Below are positions 17,328 through 27,860 of a stretch of DNA of 64,000 nucleotides, one piece after another. A program made the position numbers and the translations under genes. The stretch's first letter is position 1. Every line of letters starts with the position of its first letter. The notes beneath the pieces were generated by a model that was not told the DNA's origin, ran no database searches, and was given only the letters and a program-made list of their open reading frames with translations. The stretch is from an uncultured Christensenella sp. (GTDB taxonomy: Bacteria; Bacillota; Clostridia; Christensenellales; UBA3700): contig CAJTKI010000001.1 of the NCBI GenBank assembly GCA_910576875.1, forward strand, positions 350 to 64,349, read 5' to 3'.

Positions 17328-18542
17328 TCAGTCCTCCCGAATGAATTTGTCTATCAATTGCATGCAATCCGCATAATATATGCCGCTTGCTCGGGCGTGC
17401 GCCTCGTCATAGCGCTCCGCGCCGCTCGCATTTTTGCCGTCCGACCGATACAGGATATACGGTACGGGATCGGACACATGCGTTTTGAGCGCGCACGGCG
17501 TGGGATGATCGGGCATCAGCAAAATCCGATACGGCTCTCCGATCTCGTCCAATCTGTCGCGCAGATATCCGACGACGCGGCTGTCGATGCGTTCGATCGA
17601 AAGCACCTTGTGCTCGACGTCGCCCTGATGCCCGCATTCGTCCGCCGCTTCCATATGCAGGTACACATAATCGCAATCCTGCTCCAACGCATCCGCCGCA
17701 AAGCGCGCTTTGGCGGCAAAATCCGTATGGTACGTGCCCGTCGCATTCGGCACTTCGATGACGCGCATGCGCGCGCCTTTTCCGATGCCTTTGAGCAAAT
17801 CGACCGCACTGATGACCGCGCCGCGCAATCCGAATTTCGTCCGGAAATCTTCGAGCGCGGGACGCGTGCCTTCGCCCCACAGCCAAATGCTGTTGGCGGG
17901 ACGTTTGCCCTGCGCGATCCGCGCCAGATTGACGGGATGTTCGCGCAACAACTCGTACGATCGGCGCATCAATGCGCAAATCCGATCGCCGTATCTGCCC
18001 TTGGGCAGGTAAGCGCCGATCACACGGTCGGAAATATCGTGCGGCGGCGTATATTCGGTGCCGGTCTGCGCGTGCGACAACACCGTGCAATGCCGATAGC
18101 TGACGCCGGTATAAAACCGCAGATCGGACTCGCCCAATTTCGTTTGCAGATATTCGATCAACACACGCGCTTCGTCCGTACCGATTTCGCCCGCGCTGTA
18201 ATCGACCATCGTCTTGTCCGCATATTCCGCTTCGTCGGACAGCGTCACGAGATTGCAACGCACCGCGACGTCGTCCGCCGCCAGATCGATCCCGATCGAC
18301 AGCGCTTCCAACGGCGAGCGTCCGGTATAAAATTTGTCCGGCGCATAGCCCATGACCGACAAATTGGCGACGTCGCTGCCCGGCTTCATACCGTCGGGCA
18401 CGGTGCGCACGAGTCCCAGCTCTCCTTCGCGACACAGTCGGTCGATATTCGGTTTTTGCGCGACGGCAAGCGGCGTCTTGTCTCCCAACGCCGCAAGCGG
18501 ATAATCCGCCATGCCGTCCCCGAGTATTACGAGATATTTCAT
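17328..18542 (-). CDS. ApgM-type cofactor-independent phosphoglycerate mutase family metalloenzyme (possible homoserine kinase analogue)
   Basis: Start reset to ATG 18542 (AAGGAGAG SD). The N-terminus MKYLVILGDGMADYPLAALGDKTPLAVAQKPNIDRL...GSDVANLSVMGY is the archaeal-type iPGM (COG3635) signature. Confidence 0.8.
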   Translation of the reverse strand: MKYLVILGDGMADYPLAALGDKTPLAVAQKPNIDRLCREGELGLVRTVPDGMKPGSDVANLSVMGYAPDKFYTGRSPLEALSIGIDLAADDVAVRCNLVTLSDEAEYADKTMVDYSAGEIGTDEARVLIEYLQTKLGESDLRFYTGVSYRHCTVLSHAQTGTEYTPPHDISDRVIGAYLPKGRYGDRICALMRRSYELLREHPVNLARIAQGKRPANSIWLWGEGTRPALEDFRTKFGLRGAVISAVDLLKGIGKGARMRVIEVPNATGTYHTDFAAKARFAADALEQDCDYVYLHMEAADECGHQGDVEHKVLSIERIDSRVVGYLRDRLDEIGEPYRILLMPDHPTPCALKTHVSDPVPYILYRSDGKNASGAERYDEAHARASGIYYADCMQLIDKFIRED

Positions 18543-18576
18543 ACCGCTCTCCTTCGCGAACTTTCTCAACGCCCTT

Positions 18577-18605
18577 ATTATAGGCTACTTCGCGCGCAAA
18601 GTCAA
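18577..18605 (-). promoter_or_regulatory. Sigma-A-like promoter TTGACT-17-TATAAT for the ApgM-type gene
   Basis: The minus strand reads aaTTGACTttgcgcgcgaagtagccTATAATaag. Confidence 0.5.
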
Positions 18606-18935
18606 TTACTCGCAAACAATCCGTCCCCCGCGACTTGCAGGACAAATGTCGCATCCGAGCGATCTTTGCCGACGGTCGCGCCGCCGTATACGCGAAATAC
18701 GCGAATGCGATCGGACGTCTCCCGACATCCGCTCCGTCACGCAAGGACGACAGGCGCGCAAATGCTCCCGCCGCGGCGTCTCTACTTTTATCGCCGAGCG
18801 GACGACAAATTATGCGCCGACCGCGACACGGACGACAATCCGCCCATCCGTCATATCGACAACGCGCGACGCGTATGCAAAACGGCGCGCAACCGCATCG
18901 GTTCCGCGCCGCTCGCATCGGATCATGTCCCGAAC

Positions 18936-21900
18936 TTATTTTTTGGTTTTCGGAGTCGCCGCGCTCGTTTTCTTCGGCGCTGCCACAGGCTTTGCCGCGC
19001 TCTTGGCGCTTGCCTTAGGCTCGGCGGCGGGCTTCTTTGCAGGCTCCGCTTTTTTCGGAGCGGGTTCCGCTTTGGCGGTCGCCTTCGATTCGGTTGCGGA
19101 TTTCTTTGCAGGCTCCGCCTTTTTCGGCGCGGATTCCGCCTTGGCGGTCGCCTTCGGCTCGGAGACGGGTTTCTTTACCGCTTCTTCTTTCTTGGGCGCG
19201 GGTTCGGTCTTGGCAGTCGCTTTCGGCGCATCTGCGGACTTCTCCGCGACTTCGGATTTTTTAGCCGCAGGCTTCGCTTTCGCGCTCGCATCCGGCTCGA
19301 CGTCCGCGGCGGTTTCGTCTTTCGCCTTTTTGCCTGCTTTCGATTTCTTCTCGCGTTTGGGACGATTGTCGAGTTTTTCGATCAGCCGATTGGAGAACAT
19401 GGCTTTGCGGAATTTGGGTGCGAATATCAAAGATATCAACACCGCCAACACCGCGGCGAACAACAAAATGAATACGGTCAACGAAATCGCCAGTCCGCGT
19501 TCCAAATAGATATTGGACGCGCCGAGCAGTTCCGACGTGTAAGAGATGCCCAACACGTTCAACATGACTTTTCCCGAATCGGTCGTAATAATTTCCACAG
19601 TATGCTCCTTATCTTGTAGTTCTTCTACGTTGTAGACGAGTTTGCGCGCTTCCGTTGCGCCGTTGAGACTTACGGTTGCGACTTGTTTGCCGTCCAATTT
19701 GACCTTGAACGATCCGTAACCTTCGCCGCTCGCCGCGTACAGCGCAAAACTGTCTCCCTTGAACTTGACGACGACTTTCTGATTCTTGCGGCTGGTGACC
19801 AGATAGCCGCTGGGTTCGGACGAAATTTCACCGGAATTTTGCCAGTGCTTGGTCGCAAACAGCTTGGGACTGGTCGACGGTACGACGCGTTGGGTCTGCG
19901 ACTGGATTCCGCCGTCGATCTCGGCAAGCACCGAGAACGTGCCGCCCGTCGTTCCCTTGACGACTATGCGTATATATCTACCCTGTACGGTCGTGAACTT
20001 CTCCGTAATCATGGTGCCTTTATACGAATCGCGATTGCCGCTTGCGATCGGCGCGCCCCAGTTGTCCAACGTCTCGGAGATATACATATCGTAATCCGTA
20101 ATATACGAGTTGACGTTGTTGCGCGTCACGACGCTGATAAAGTTGAACGACTGCACGGCTCCGGTATCGACGACGAATTCATGCGGTTGCTCGGGCGTGA
20201 TCTTGGGCAAATTGCCTCTCCACGCGGTATGCAGGATCGTACCGGTCGAACCGTCGACCAAATACGACCATTTATCCGTTTTCATTTCGCGCACTTCGAC
20301 GACATTGCCGTCATCGTCTTTGATTTGCATCTGCTCGATCGCATATCTGCCCCCTTCGATATTTTCGGGTGCGCGAACGACCTGCCATACGCGCTTATCT
20401 GTACCGGTGATTGACAACTTGACGTTATCTTTCTTGGATACGATATACTTTGGCTCGTAGATATAGTTTTCGATCTCCGATTCCTGCGACACGTCGGGAT
20501 GAAATACCTGATCGTTGGCAATGCTTACGTAAGTTTCTTCGCCGTCGTATTTGATCGCAATCTGCGCCGATCCCTGTCCGCCCGTATTCAGATTGAACAG
20601 CCGCACCGCATAAAATCTGCCTTCTTCCACCGTCACAGTCGCACTCTTGGAATCATTGAATCCGGTGTTGTACGAATTGAGTTCCAAAATCTGCGTCGCC
20701 GTCTCAAACGAATCGCCGAAATACACGCGCAACGCATCGTCGCTCGCCGCGGAAATACGCACGGAACCGCTCTTGGGCGCGCGCCAGTAGTATTCCGCAA
20801 CGCGAACTTCCCAATCTTTGCCGGAATTGTAGGCCGCGATATTCGCGCCGAGCGCCGCGGTCACGACCGGTTCCAATTTGGCGATTTCGGATTCCGCGGA
20901 CGCCCACATCTGTTCGCCGCGCACTTGCGCGACGCCTTTATAAGAAGTGATTTTCGCTCCGTTGTACGAAATACGCAACGACACGTTGAGTTTATGGATC
21001 ACGCCGTCCGAAAGTTTGACCAAAAAATCAAAATCGTCGAACGTTCCCGTATATTCGGGATTGAACGTGTACTCGTATTTGCCTTCGCCCAACGGGCGGA
21101 TCGAACCGTGTTTCGGTTTGCCGACCGATACGATTTCAAACGTCGTGGTCGAGATCGTCTTGCCTAAAAGATCCATGACGACGGGACTGCCGTACGCAAC
21201 GCGATAATCTCCGCCCGTCTTGACGCCGTCGATGCCGCCCGCATAATAACAAGCGATCGGATGGTAGGTAGGCAAAGCGCTCATCTCGGCAAGCTGTTCC
21301 GCCGAGAACATGTTATCGGTGATATTCGCCTTGTAAACCGTATTGAAATAGGTACGGAAATCCATGCCGTAAATCAACGAACAGCGATATGCGAATTCGG
21401 AGCGCTGATTGCCGCCTTCTTCGGCGTAAGACGATTTATCCTTATACGAATACAGCAATTCGTAGAACTTTTCCGGTCCGAACGAATGCATGATGTTGGA
21501 ATACATGCTGAGCATATCGAAATAATCGAACTGGCTGTAATCGGTATACGGGCGCTGCGTCAGATTGATCGAATGCAACAACGAAAAATACGGATGCGCG
21601 ACAAAGCCGTGCTCGGCGGGGACTCCGTTTTCATTGCGTTGCGTGCCGATATCGCAGAACATCAGATATCCCAGCGTCGTCAACGCATTGTTGTGTACTT
21701 CGCCTTCTTTGCCGTCGCCGAATCCCCAGAACGTGCCGTTGGAACTGGCGTGATTGTGTCCGATCTCGTGCAACGTACCCCATGTGCCGCCGTTGAGCAG
21801 TCTGCGATAATTCGTCGCATCGGAGAACCACCCCGTCGGACATGCATATACGTAATTGCCGAGCGCAACCGCCGCGCCTGCCGGCACGTGCCAGTCAAAC

Positions 21901-23351
21901 ATCACGAGATTGTGTCGGTTGTATGTGCCGCCGGTAAACGATTCGTTGACCGCAAAGAACGAGTGCCACAGCATCGCGAGTTTATCCACTTCGTCGGTCT
22001 TGATGCCGCGCATGTAAGACTTCGTGCCCATTTCTCCGGTCGGTCCGACCAGCTGTCCGTTCTCGGTATCGATAACGCCGACGACGCCGGGCGCGTCTTT
22101 GAGATACTGTTCGAAATACTGGGGCGTCGTAACGCCGAGAATGTAGTGCGGCGTCTCGACCGCTCCGCGGAACGTCGTCTTGACCTGCGAATAACTGTTG
22201 CGCGGATTGATGTGCATGACTCCGCCGAAATGCGTGCCGATCGTGTATTCGCCGTTGTGGTCGAATACGAATTCCGCCGTGACCCAAGGCGCACGATTAT
22301 TCTGACGTTCATACTGACTTTGCATGAAATCGTGTCTGGATGCGTTGTTGTATTCGAAGAAATTGCCTGCCGCCGCAACGATATCCGCTTTGTTAAAGAA
22401 CGTATCGCTGCCGGGATTGGCGTATTTTACGTTCTGGAATCCGTCGGTGATCGCGGCGATCTCCGCTTCCGCATACCGGACATCGCCGCGCCATGCGAGC
22501 GAATTCTGCAATCCGACGAAGACGGAAATCTTTTCGCCCTTCTTCTCATTCAGACCTTCGACGCGCACGGTCACCGCTTCGCCCGCAGGCAAATACAAGC
22601 CCGTCGCATGATAGGATCTGTACAGCGGATCGATCGTAATCTCTTTCTCGACCGCGTTGTTCTCGCCGAGCACCGCGCCGTACTGCAAATCCGCCGCCGG
22701 ATGCTTGGTCAGCCATTCCTGCGTCAAAGTACCGTTCTTGGAACGGTTTTGCGCTTCAACCGCAAGATACTGCCCTTGCGTCAGCAACATGTATTTATAA
22801 TAGTAAAGGTATTTATACTGCGCGTCTTCTTTCTCTTCGGCAGTCGCCGTGCTCTCGTCGATGCCGAACATTTCGTACGCGTGTTTTGCAAAGACCGTCT
22901 TGCCGCCGGGACGACCGGGCGCGGGATAATGATCGGGATCGAAATGAATGGAAGCTACCTTTTCGGTTTCGCTTTCCGGCCAGATCGAATATTCGTGCCG
23001 CAAAGTCTGATTGGACGTATTGTAGACGATGGAAAAATCGTCGGTCAACATCTGCGGCGTAGGACGCGCGAGATTGCGCTGGGTCACGTTCATCGTATCC
23101 GCGCGCAACGTCACCTGCGTATCCGCAAGACTTTCGTAATCGTACTTCTGCAACGCGTACATTTCTTCGGTCGGCAAATCGATTGCCGGCGCGGTAAACC
23201 ACTCGTCTGCCTTAGAGCGTAACGTGATCGGAAGCACGATCGCCAATACGACCGCGATCAACAATACCGTCGCAATGCCCGCTATGATCCGTTGTTTGCG
23301 CTTTTGCGCCGAAATGTCGGCGGTTGCCGCCGTCTCCGATTTCCCTTTCAA
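18936..23351 (-). CDS. M60-like (enhancin-type) zinc metallopeptidase with carbohydrate-binding modules, TM-anchored at both ends, Lys/Ala/Pro-repeat C-tail
   Basis: 1471 aa with a TTG start at 23351 and GAGGTGA SD. Features in order: an N-terminal signal-anchor; WGTLHEIGHNHAS (HExxH in M60-like context); PA14-like and F5/8-type-C-like regions (YIRIVVKGTTGGTFSVLAEI); a second TM (LAISLTVFILLFAAVLAVLISLIF); and a K/A/P/E repeat tail. Confidence 0.75.
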   Translation of the reverse strand: MKGKSETAATADISAQKRKQRIIAGIATVLLIAVVLAIVLPITLRSKADEWFTAPAIDLPTEEMYALQKYDYESLADTQVTLRADTMNVTQRNLARPTPQMLTDDFSIVYNTSNQTLRHEYSIWPESETEKVASIHFDPDHYPAPGRPGGKTVFAKHAYEMFGIDESTATAEEKEDAQYKYLYYYKYMLLTQGQYLAVEAQNRSKNGTLTQEWLTKHPAADLQYGAVLGENNAVEKEITIDPLYRSYHATGLYLPAGEAVTVRVEGLNEKKGEKISVFVGLQNSLAWRGDVRYAEAEIAAITDGFQNVKYANPGSDTFFNKADIVAAAGNFFEYNNASRHDFMQSQYERQNNRAPWVTAEFVFDHNGEYTIGTHFGGVMHINPRNSYSQVKTTFRGAVETPHYILGVTTPQYFEQYLKDAPGVVGVIDTENGQLVGPTGEMGTKSYMRGIKTDEVDKLAMLWHSFFAVNESFTGGTYNRHNLVMFDWHVPAGAAVALGNYVYACPTGWFSDATNYRRLLNGGTWGTLHEIGHNHASSNGTFWGFGDGKEGEVHNNALTTLGYLMFCDIGTQRNENGVPAEHGFVAHPYFSLLHSINLTQRPYTDYSQFDYFDMLSMYSNIMHSFGPEKFYELLYSYKDKSSYAEEGGNQRSEFAYRCSLIYGMDFRTYFNTVYKANITDNMFSAEQLAEMSALPTYHPIACYYAGGIDGVKTGGDYRVAYGSPVVMDLLGKTISTTTFEIVSVGKPKHGSIRPLGEGKYEYTFNPEYTGTFDDFDFLVKLSDGVIHKLNVSLRISYNGAKITSYKGVAQVRGEQMWASAESEIAKLEPVVTAALGANIAAYNSGKDWEVRVAEYYWRAPKSGSVRISAASDDALRVYFGDSFETATQILELNSYNTGFNDSKSATVTVEEGRFYAVRLFNLNTGGQGSAQIAIKYDGEETYVSIANDQVFHPDVSQESEIENYIYEPKYIVSKKDNVKLSITGTDKRVWQVVRAPENIEGGRYAIEQMQIKDDDGNVVEVREMKTDKWSYLVDGSTGTILHTAWRGNLPKITPEQPHEFVVDTGAVQSFNFISVVTRNNVNSYITDYDMYISETLDNWGAPIASGNRDSYKGTMITEKFTTVQGRYIRIVVKGTTGGTFSVLAEIDGGIQSQTQRVVPSTSPKLFATKHWQNSGEISSEPSGYLVTSRKNQKVVVKFKGDSFALYAASGEGYGSFKVKLDGKQVATVSLNGATEARKLVYNVEELQDKEHTVEIITTDSGKVMLNVLGISYTSELLGASNIYLERGLAISLTVFILLFAAVLAVLISLIFAPKFRKAMFSNRLIEKLDNRPKREKKSKAGKKAKDETAADVEPDASAKAKPAAKKSEVAEKSADAPKATAKTEPAPKKEEAVKKPVSEPKATAKAESAPKKAEPAKKSATESKATAKAEPAPKKAEPAKKPAAEPKASAKSAAKPVAAPKKTSAATPKTKK
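18964..19239. repeat. 69-bp (23-aa) tandem repeats encoding KATAKAEPAPKKAEPAKK... tail
   Basis: Units start at 19033, 19102 and 19171 (period exactly 69), with decayed flanking units. The central two are near-identical over about 55 nt. Confidence 0.85.
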
Positions 23352-23398
23352 AAGATCACCTCTCGACCGATATTTCGGTTTTTGTTTTCGTTGCCACT

Positions 23399-23427
23399 AT
23401 GATAGCGAAAATCCGATGCTTTGTCAA
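23399..23427 (-). promoter_or_regulatory. Sigma-A-like promoter TTGACA-17-TATCAT for the M60-like gene
   Basis: The minus strand reads tTTGACAaagcatcggattttcgcTATCATag. Confidence 0.45.
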
Positions 23428-23449
23428 ATTTTTATGCAACAAATTCCGT

Positions 23450-23469
23450 TTGATACGCGGGCGTATCAA
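23450..23469. other. Perfect palindrome TTGATACG-cggg-CGTATCAA between the carB stop and the next promoter
   Basis: 8-bp arms with a 4-nt spacer. On the minus strand only a weak T-rich tail follows. It could be a carB terminator hairpin or an operator. Confidence 0.3.
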
Positions 23470-23499
23470 GAAGGCGCGTTTTGCCGTCGAAAACCGTAT

Positions 23500-26400
23500 T
23501 TATTGCGCGTCGATCGTCGAAACGCCAAGCGTAATCTCTTCCAATACGTCCAGCAACACGCGCACCGTATCCAACGCGGTTAGGATCGTCACGTTGTTTT
23601 CGACGGCGCACTGGCGAATCGCGTGTCCGTCCGTATTGCGATGATCCGAGCGCACGTCGCGCGTATTGATCACGTACGACACGTAGCCTTGTCGAATCGA
23701 ATCGGGAATATCGCTCGACCCTTCGCTGATCTTGCGTTTGACGCGCGTACGAATCCCGTGCCGTTTGAGGAATTCGGCGGTGCCGGCGGTCGCTTCGATA
23801 TTGAATCCGAGATTGTAGAACCGTCGGATCAACGGCAACGCCTCTTCCTTGTCTTCGTCGGCGAGCGTCGCCAACACCGTACCGTAATTGTGCAGATGCA
23901 CGCCCGACGCCTGCAATGCCTTATACAGCGCGCGCGTCAGCGTACCGTCGTATCCGATCGCCTCGCCGGTCGATTTCATCTCGGGCGACAGGTATGCGTC
24001 CAAGCCTTTGAGCTTGGAGAACGAAAACGCCGGCGCTTTGACATAACAGCGCTTTTTTTCGCTCGGATATACGACGTCGATCCCCTGCGCGGCTAGCGAT
24101 TGGCCGAGAATCGCGCGCGTCGCAATATCCGCCAACGGATATCCCGTCGCTTTGGACAAAAACGGCACGGTGCGCGAAGAACGCGGATTGACTTCGATGA
24201 TAAAGACCCGATCGTCGCGATCGACGATAAATTGGATGTTGAACAGTCCGACGATGCCGATCCCCAATCCCAGCCGTCGGGTATAGTCGAGAATCGTACG
24301 CTTGACCGCATCCGAAATGCTGAACGACGGATACACGCTGATCGAATCGCCCGAATGCACGCCCGTACGCTCGACCAACTCCATGATGCCGGGCACAAAT
24401 ACCGTCTCTCCGTCGCAAATCGCGTCCACTTCCACCTCTTTGCCCTGAATGTATTTGTCTACGAGCACGGGTTTGTCTTCGTCCACTTCGACGGCGGTGC
24501 GCAAATAATGCCGCAACTGCTCTTCGCCCGCGACAATCTGCATCGCGCGTCCGCCCAATACGAAACTCGGACGCACCAGCACCGGATACCCGATTTCGCG
24601 CGCCGCGGCGACGCCGTCTTCGATGCGCGTGACCGCTTTGCCTTTGGGCTGCGGAATCGCAAGTTCTTCCAACAGTTTTTCGAACGCTTCGCGGTTTTCC
24701 GCACGCTCGATCGCATCGCAGTCCGTGCCGATGATCCGTACGCCGCGATCGCGCAACGGTTGCGCCAGATTGATCGCGGTCTGTCCGCCGAGCGACGCGA
24801 TGACGCCGATCGGACGTTCGAGCGCGATGACGTTCATGACGTCTTCCGCGCACAGCGGTTCGAAATACAGCTTATCCGACGTCGTATAATCGGTGGACAC
24901 CGTCTCGGGGTTGTTGTTGATCACGATCGCTTCGTATCCCGCCTCCTTGATCGTCTGTACCGCATGCACGGTCGAATAATCGAATTCCACGCCCTGTCCG
25001 ATTCGGATCGGTCCCGATCCGAGCACGACGACTTTGGGACGGTCGGAGACGACGGATTCGTTCTCGTCTTCGTAGGTCGAATAAAAATACGGCACGTAAC
25101 TGTCAAACTCGCTCGCGCACGTATCGATCATCTTATACGTCGGCACGATGCCAGCGCGCACGCGCGTCTCATAGACCGAAATTTCGTCCGTCTTCCACCG
25201 CCGCGCGATTTCGCGGTCGGAAAACCCGAGCCGCTTGGCGCGACGCAACGCGTCCGTATCGCCGACGCGCGCTTCCAACATCCGCTCCGCATCGACGATA
25301 TTGCGCAATTTGCGGATAAACAACACGTCGATCCGCGTTTCGCGTGCGATTCGTTCGGCTGCGATTCCGCGCCGCAACAAACACGCGATCGCGTATATAC
25401 GGTCGTCCGTCCCGATCTTGATATAGGACAACAACGCTTCGTCGTCGTACGCATCGAATTTGGGCATATACAAATGCCATACGCCGATCTCCAACGATCG
25501 GATCGCTTTAAGCAAGCTCTCTTCGATCGTCCTGCCCACGCTCATGACTTCGCCGGTTGCTTTCATCTGCGTGCCGAGACGATTGTTCGCATCCGCGAAT
25601 TTGTCGAACGGGAATCGCGGCATCTTCGTCACGACGTAGTCGAGAGACGGCTCGAACGACGCGGGCGTATTGGCGAGCGCGATCTCTTCCAGCCGCATGC
25701 CGACGCCGATCTTGGCGGACACGCGCGCGATCGGATATCCGCTCGCTTTGGACGCAAGCGCGGACGAACGCGACACGCGCGGATTGACTTCGATCAAATA
25801 ATAACAGAACGACTGGGGATCGAGCGCAAACTGCACGTTGCAACCCCCTTCGATTTCGAGCGCGCGGATGATTTTGAGCGCGCTGTCGCGCAACATATGA
25901 TATTCTTTGTTGGTCAGCGTCTGCGACGGACATACGACGATCGAGTCTCCCGTATGAATGCCGACGGGATCGAGGTTTTCCATATTGCAGATCGTGATCG
26001 CAGTATCGTTGGCATCGCGCATGACTTCGTATTCGATCTCTTTGTATCCCTTGATGCTCTTTTCGACCAGTACCTGATGCGTCGGCGACAAAGCGAGCGC
26101 ATTGCGCGCGAGAACAAGCAATTCCGTTTCGTCGTCGGCAAATCCGCCGCCCGTGCCGCCGAGCGTAAACGCCGGACGCAACACGATCGGATATCCGATC
26201 TCCCGCGCGGCTTGCAACGCCTGTTCGACCGTATTGGCGATCTCGGACGGCAATACCGGCTCGCCCAGACTTTGACAAAGCTCCTTAAACAGTTCGCGAT
26301 CTTCCGCGCGCTCGATGCTTCGACTGCTCGTACCGAGCAATTCGACATGGCATTCGCGCAAGACGCCTTTCTTTTCCAACTGCATCGCGAGATTGAGTCC

Positions 26401-26682
26401 CGTCTGTCCGCCGATGCCGGGCAAGATCGCGTCCGGACGTTCGAACCGAATGATCTTGGCGATATATTCGAGCGTCAACGGCTCCATATACACCTTGTCC
26501 GCGATCGACGTATCCGTCATGATCGTCGCCGGATTGGAATTGCACAAGACGACTTCGTATCCTTCTTCTTTGAGCGCGAGACACGCCTGCGTCCCCGCAT
26601 AATCGAATTCCGCCGCCTGTCCGATGACGATCGGTCCCGATCCGATGACCAATATTTTGCGAATATCCGTTCTTTTAGGCAT
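23500..26682 (-). CDS. carB: Carbamoyl-phosphate synthase large subunit
   Basis: 1060 aa starting [33 protein letters not shown], with duplicated ATP-grasp halves and a C-terminal MGS-like domain. Confidence 0.97.
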   Translation of the reverse strand: MPKRTDIRKILVIGSGPIVIGQAAEFDYAGTQACLALKEEGYEVVLCNSNPATIMTDTSIADKVYMEPLTLEYIAKIIRFERPDAILPGIGGQTGLNLAMQLEKKGVLRECHVELLGTSSRSIERAEDRELFKELCQSLGEPVLPSEIANTVEQALQAAREIGYPIVLRPAFTLGGTGGGFADDETELLVLARNALALSPTHQVLVEKSIKGYKEIEYEVMRDANDTAITICNMENLDPVGIHTGDSIVVCPSQTLTNKEYHMLRDSALKIIRALEIEGGCNVQFALDPQSFCYYLIEVNPRVSRSSALASKASGYPIARVSAKIGVGMRLEEIALANTPASFEPSLDYVVTKMPRFPFDKFADANNRLGTQMKATGEVMSVGRTIEESLLKAIRSLEIGVWHLYMPKFDAYDDEALLSYIKIGTDDRIYAIACLLRRGIAAERIARETRIDVLFIRKLRNIVDAERMLEARVGDTDALRRAKRLGFSDREIARRWKTDEISVYETRVRAGIVPTYKMIDTCASEFDSYVPYFYSTYEDENESVVSDRPKVVVLGSGPIRIGQGVEFDYSTVHAVQTIKEAGYEAIVINNNPETVSTDYTTSDKLYFEPLCAEDVMNVIALERPIGVIASLGGQTAINLAQPLRDRGVRIIGTDCDAIERAENREAFEKLLEELAIPQPKGKAVTRIEDGVAAAREIGYPVLVRPSFVLGGRAMQIVAGEEQLRHYLRTAVEVDEDKPVLVDKYIQGKEVEVDAICDGETVFVPGIMELVERTGVHSGDSISVYPSFSISDAVKRTILDYTRRLGLGIGIVGLFNIQFIVDRDDRVFIIEVNPRSSRTVPFLSKATGYPLADIATRAILGQSLAAQGIDVVYPSEKKRCYVKAPAFSFSKLKGLDAYLSPEMKSTGEAIGYDGTLTRALYKALQASGVHLHNYGTVLATLADEDKEEALPLIRRFYNLGFNIEATAGTAEFLKRHGIRTRVKRKISEGSSDIPDSIRQGYVSYVINTRDVRSDHRNTDGHAIRQCAVENNVTILTALDTVRVLLDVLEEITLGVSTIDAQ

Positions 26683-27772
26683 TTTTCGTACGCTCCTTCA
26701 TGCTGTCGACGAAACGGTCGAACAGATATGCGCTGTCCTGCGGTCCGGGCGCGCTCTCGGGGTGATATTGTACGCTGAACACGCGATCCGTCTCGCACTG
26801 TACGCCTTCGACGGTGCCGTCGAGCAAGTTGACGTGCGTGACGCGCAATCCCGTCCCCGCCAACGAATTCTCGTCCACCGCGTAGGAATGGTTCTGCGAC
26901 GTGATCTCGACCTTGTCGACAAGCAGATTGCGCACGGGATGGTTGCCGCCGCGATGTCCGAATTTGAGTTTGTACGTCTTCGCGCCGTACGCGAGCGAAA
27001 TGATCTGATGCCCCAGACAAATTCCGAAGATCGGATATTTGCCGCGCAACGCGCGCACCAATTCGATCACCGGTGTCGCGTCGGTCGGATCCCCGGGCCC
27101 GTTGGACAAAAACACGCCGTCCGGCGCAAGCGCCTCGACTTGTTCCGCCCCCGTGTTCCACGGTACGACGGTCACGTCGCAACCGCGCGCGTTGAGCGAA
27201 CGCACGATGTTCTGTTTCATGCCGCAGTCCACCGCGACGACATGATACCGCGACTGTTGTGCGGGCGCAAAATACGGACGTTCGCAACTCACGCGCGCGA
27301 CCGCGTCATGCGGCAGTTGCGTCTCTTCCAAGATCCGCAGTCCTTCCGCAAGCGGCGTTTGCGCGTCCGTAATCAATACTTTGCGACTGCCCGAATTGCG
27401 AATGGAGCGCGTCAGCTTGCGCGTGTCGATCCCGCAGATGCCCGGGATGCGGTACGCCTGCATGATTTGCGCCAACGTGTGCGTCGCGCGGAAGTTGGAC
27501 GGTTCGTCGTTGTACTCGCGCACGACGAGCGCGCCGAGCGTGGGCACGCGCGTCTCGTAATCGTCGTCCGCCATGCCGTAATTGCCGATCAGCGGATACG
27601 TCATGACGACCGCCTGATCGGTGTAAGAAGGATCGGATAAGATCTCCTGATAGCCGACGACGGATGTATTGAATACGAGTTCGCACACCCGTTGCGACAG
27701 ATCTCCGAACGCATAGCCGTAATATTCGCCGCCGTCCTGCAAAATCAATTTTCTGTCAAACTGTTCTTTCAT
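26675..27772 (-). CDS. carA: Carbamoyl-phosphate synthase small (glutaminase) subunit
   Basis: Start reset to ATG 27772 ([23 protein letters not shown]). Contains GICLGHQ and the HRGGNHPV triad region. Overlaps carB by 8 nt. Confidence 0.95.
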   Translation of the reverse strand: MKEQFDRKLILQDGGEYYGYAFGDLSQRVCELVFNTSVVGYQEILSDPSYTDQAVVMTYPLIGNYGMADDDYETRVPTLGALVVREYNDEPSNFRATHTLAQIMQAYRIPGICGIDTRKLTRSIRNSGSRKVLITDAQTPLAEGLRILEETQLPHDAVARVSCERPYFAPAQQSRYHVVAVDCGMKQNIVRSLNARGCDVTVVPWNTGAEQVEALAPDGVFLSNGPGDPTDATPVIELVRALRGKYPIFGICLGHQIISLAYGAKTYKLKFGHRGGNHPVRNLLVDKVEITSQNHSYAVDENSLAGTGLRVTHVNLLDGTVEGVQCETDRVFSVQYHPESAPGPQDSAYLFDRFVDSMKERTKNA

Positions 27773-27860
27773 ATCGATACCGTATGTCGATTGTTCATCG
27801 GATTTGTTTGCCGCGAGCGATTTTGCGCGCCCGCGCAAACGACGCATGCGCGCCGATCGG

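Noticed and set aside
13547-17344. 1265-aa ORF on the + strand running through spoIIE, two intergenic gaps and two further minus-strand genes
   Set aside because: It lies in the codon-aligned antisense frame of three minus-strand genes that all share the same phase. Those genes avoid TTA/CTA/TCA codons, so the antisense frame has no stops. The product is Arg-rich and low-complexity, with no SD. This is a classic shadow ORF.
24100-26778. 892-aa + strand ORF antisense to carB/carA. Similar long antisense ORFs occur at 6996-8786, 8683-10773, 10550-12634, 17256-19619, 21261-23222, 27804-29462, 30734-32605, 34749-36410, 37364-39802, 39579-41309, 45539-47248(-) and 59435-60790.
   Set aside because: These are the same shadow-frame phenomenon opposite well-supported conserved genes. 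The translations are Arg/His/Asp-rich and carry no recognisable domains.
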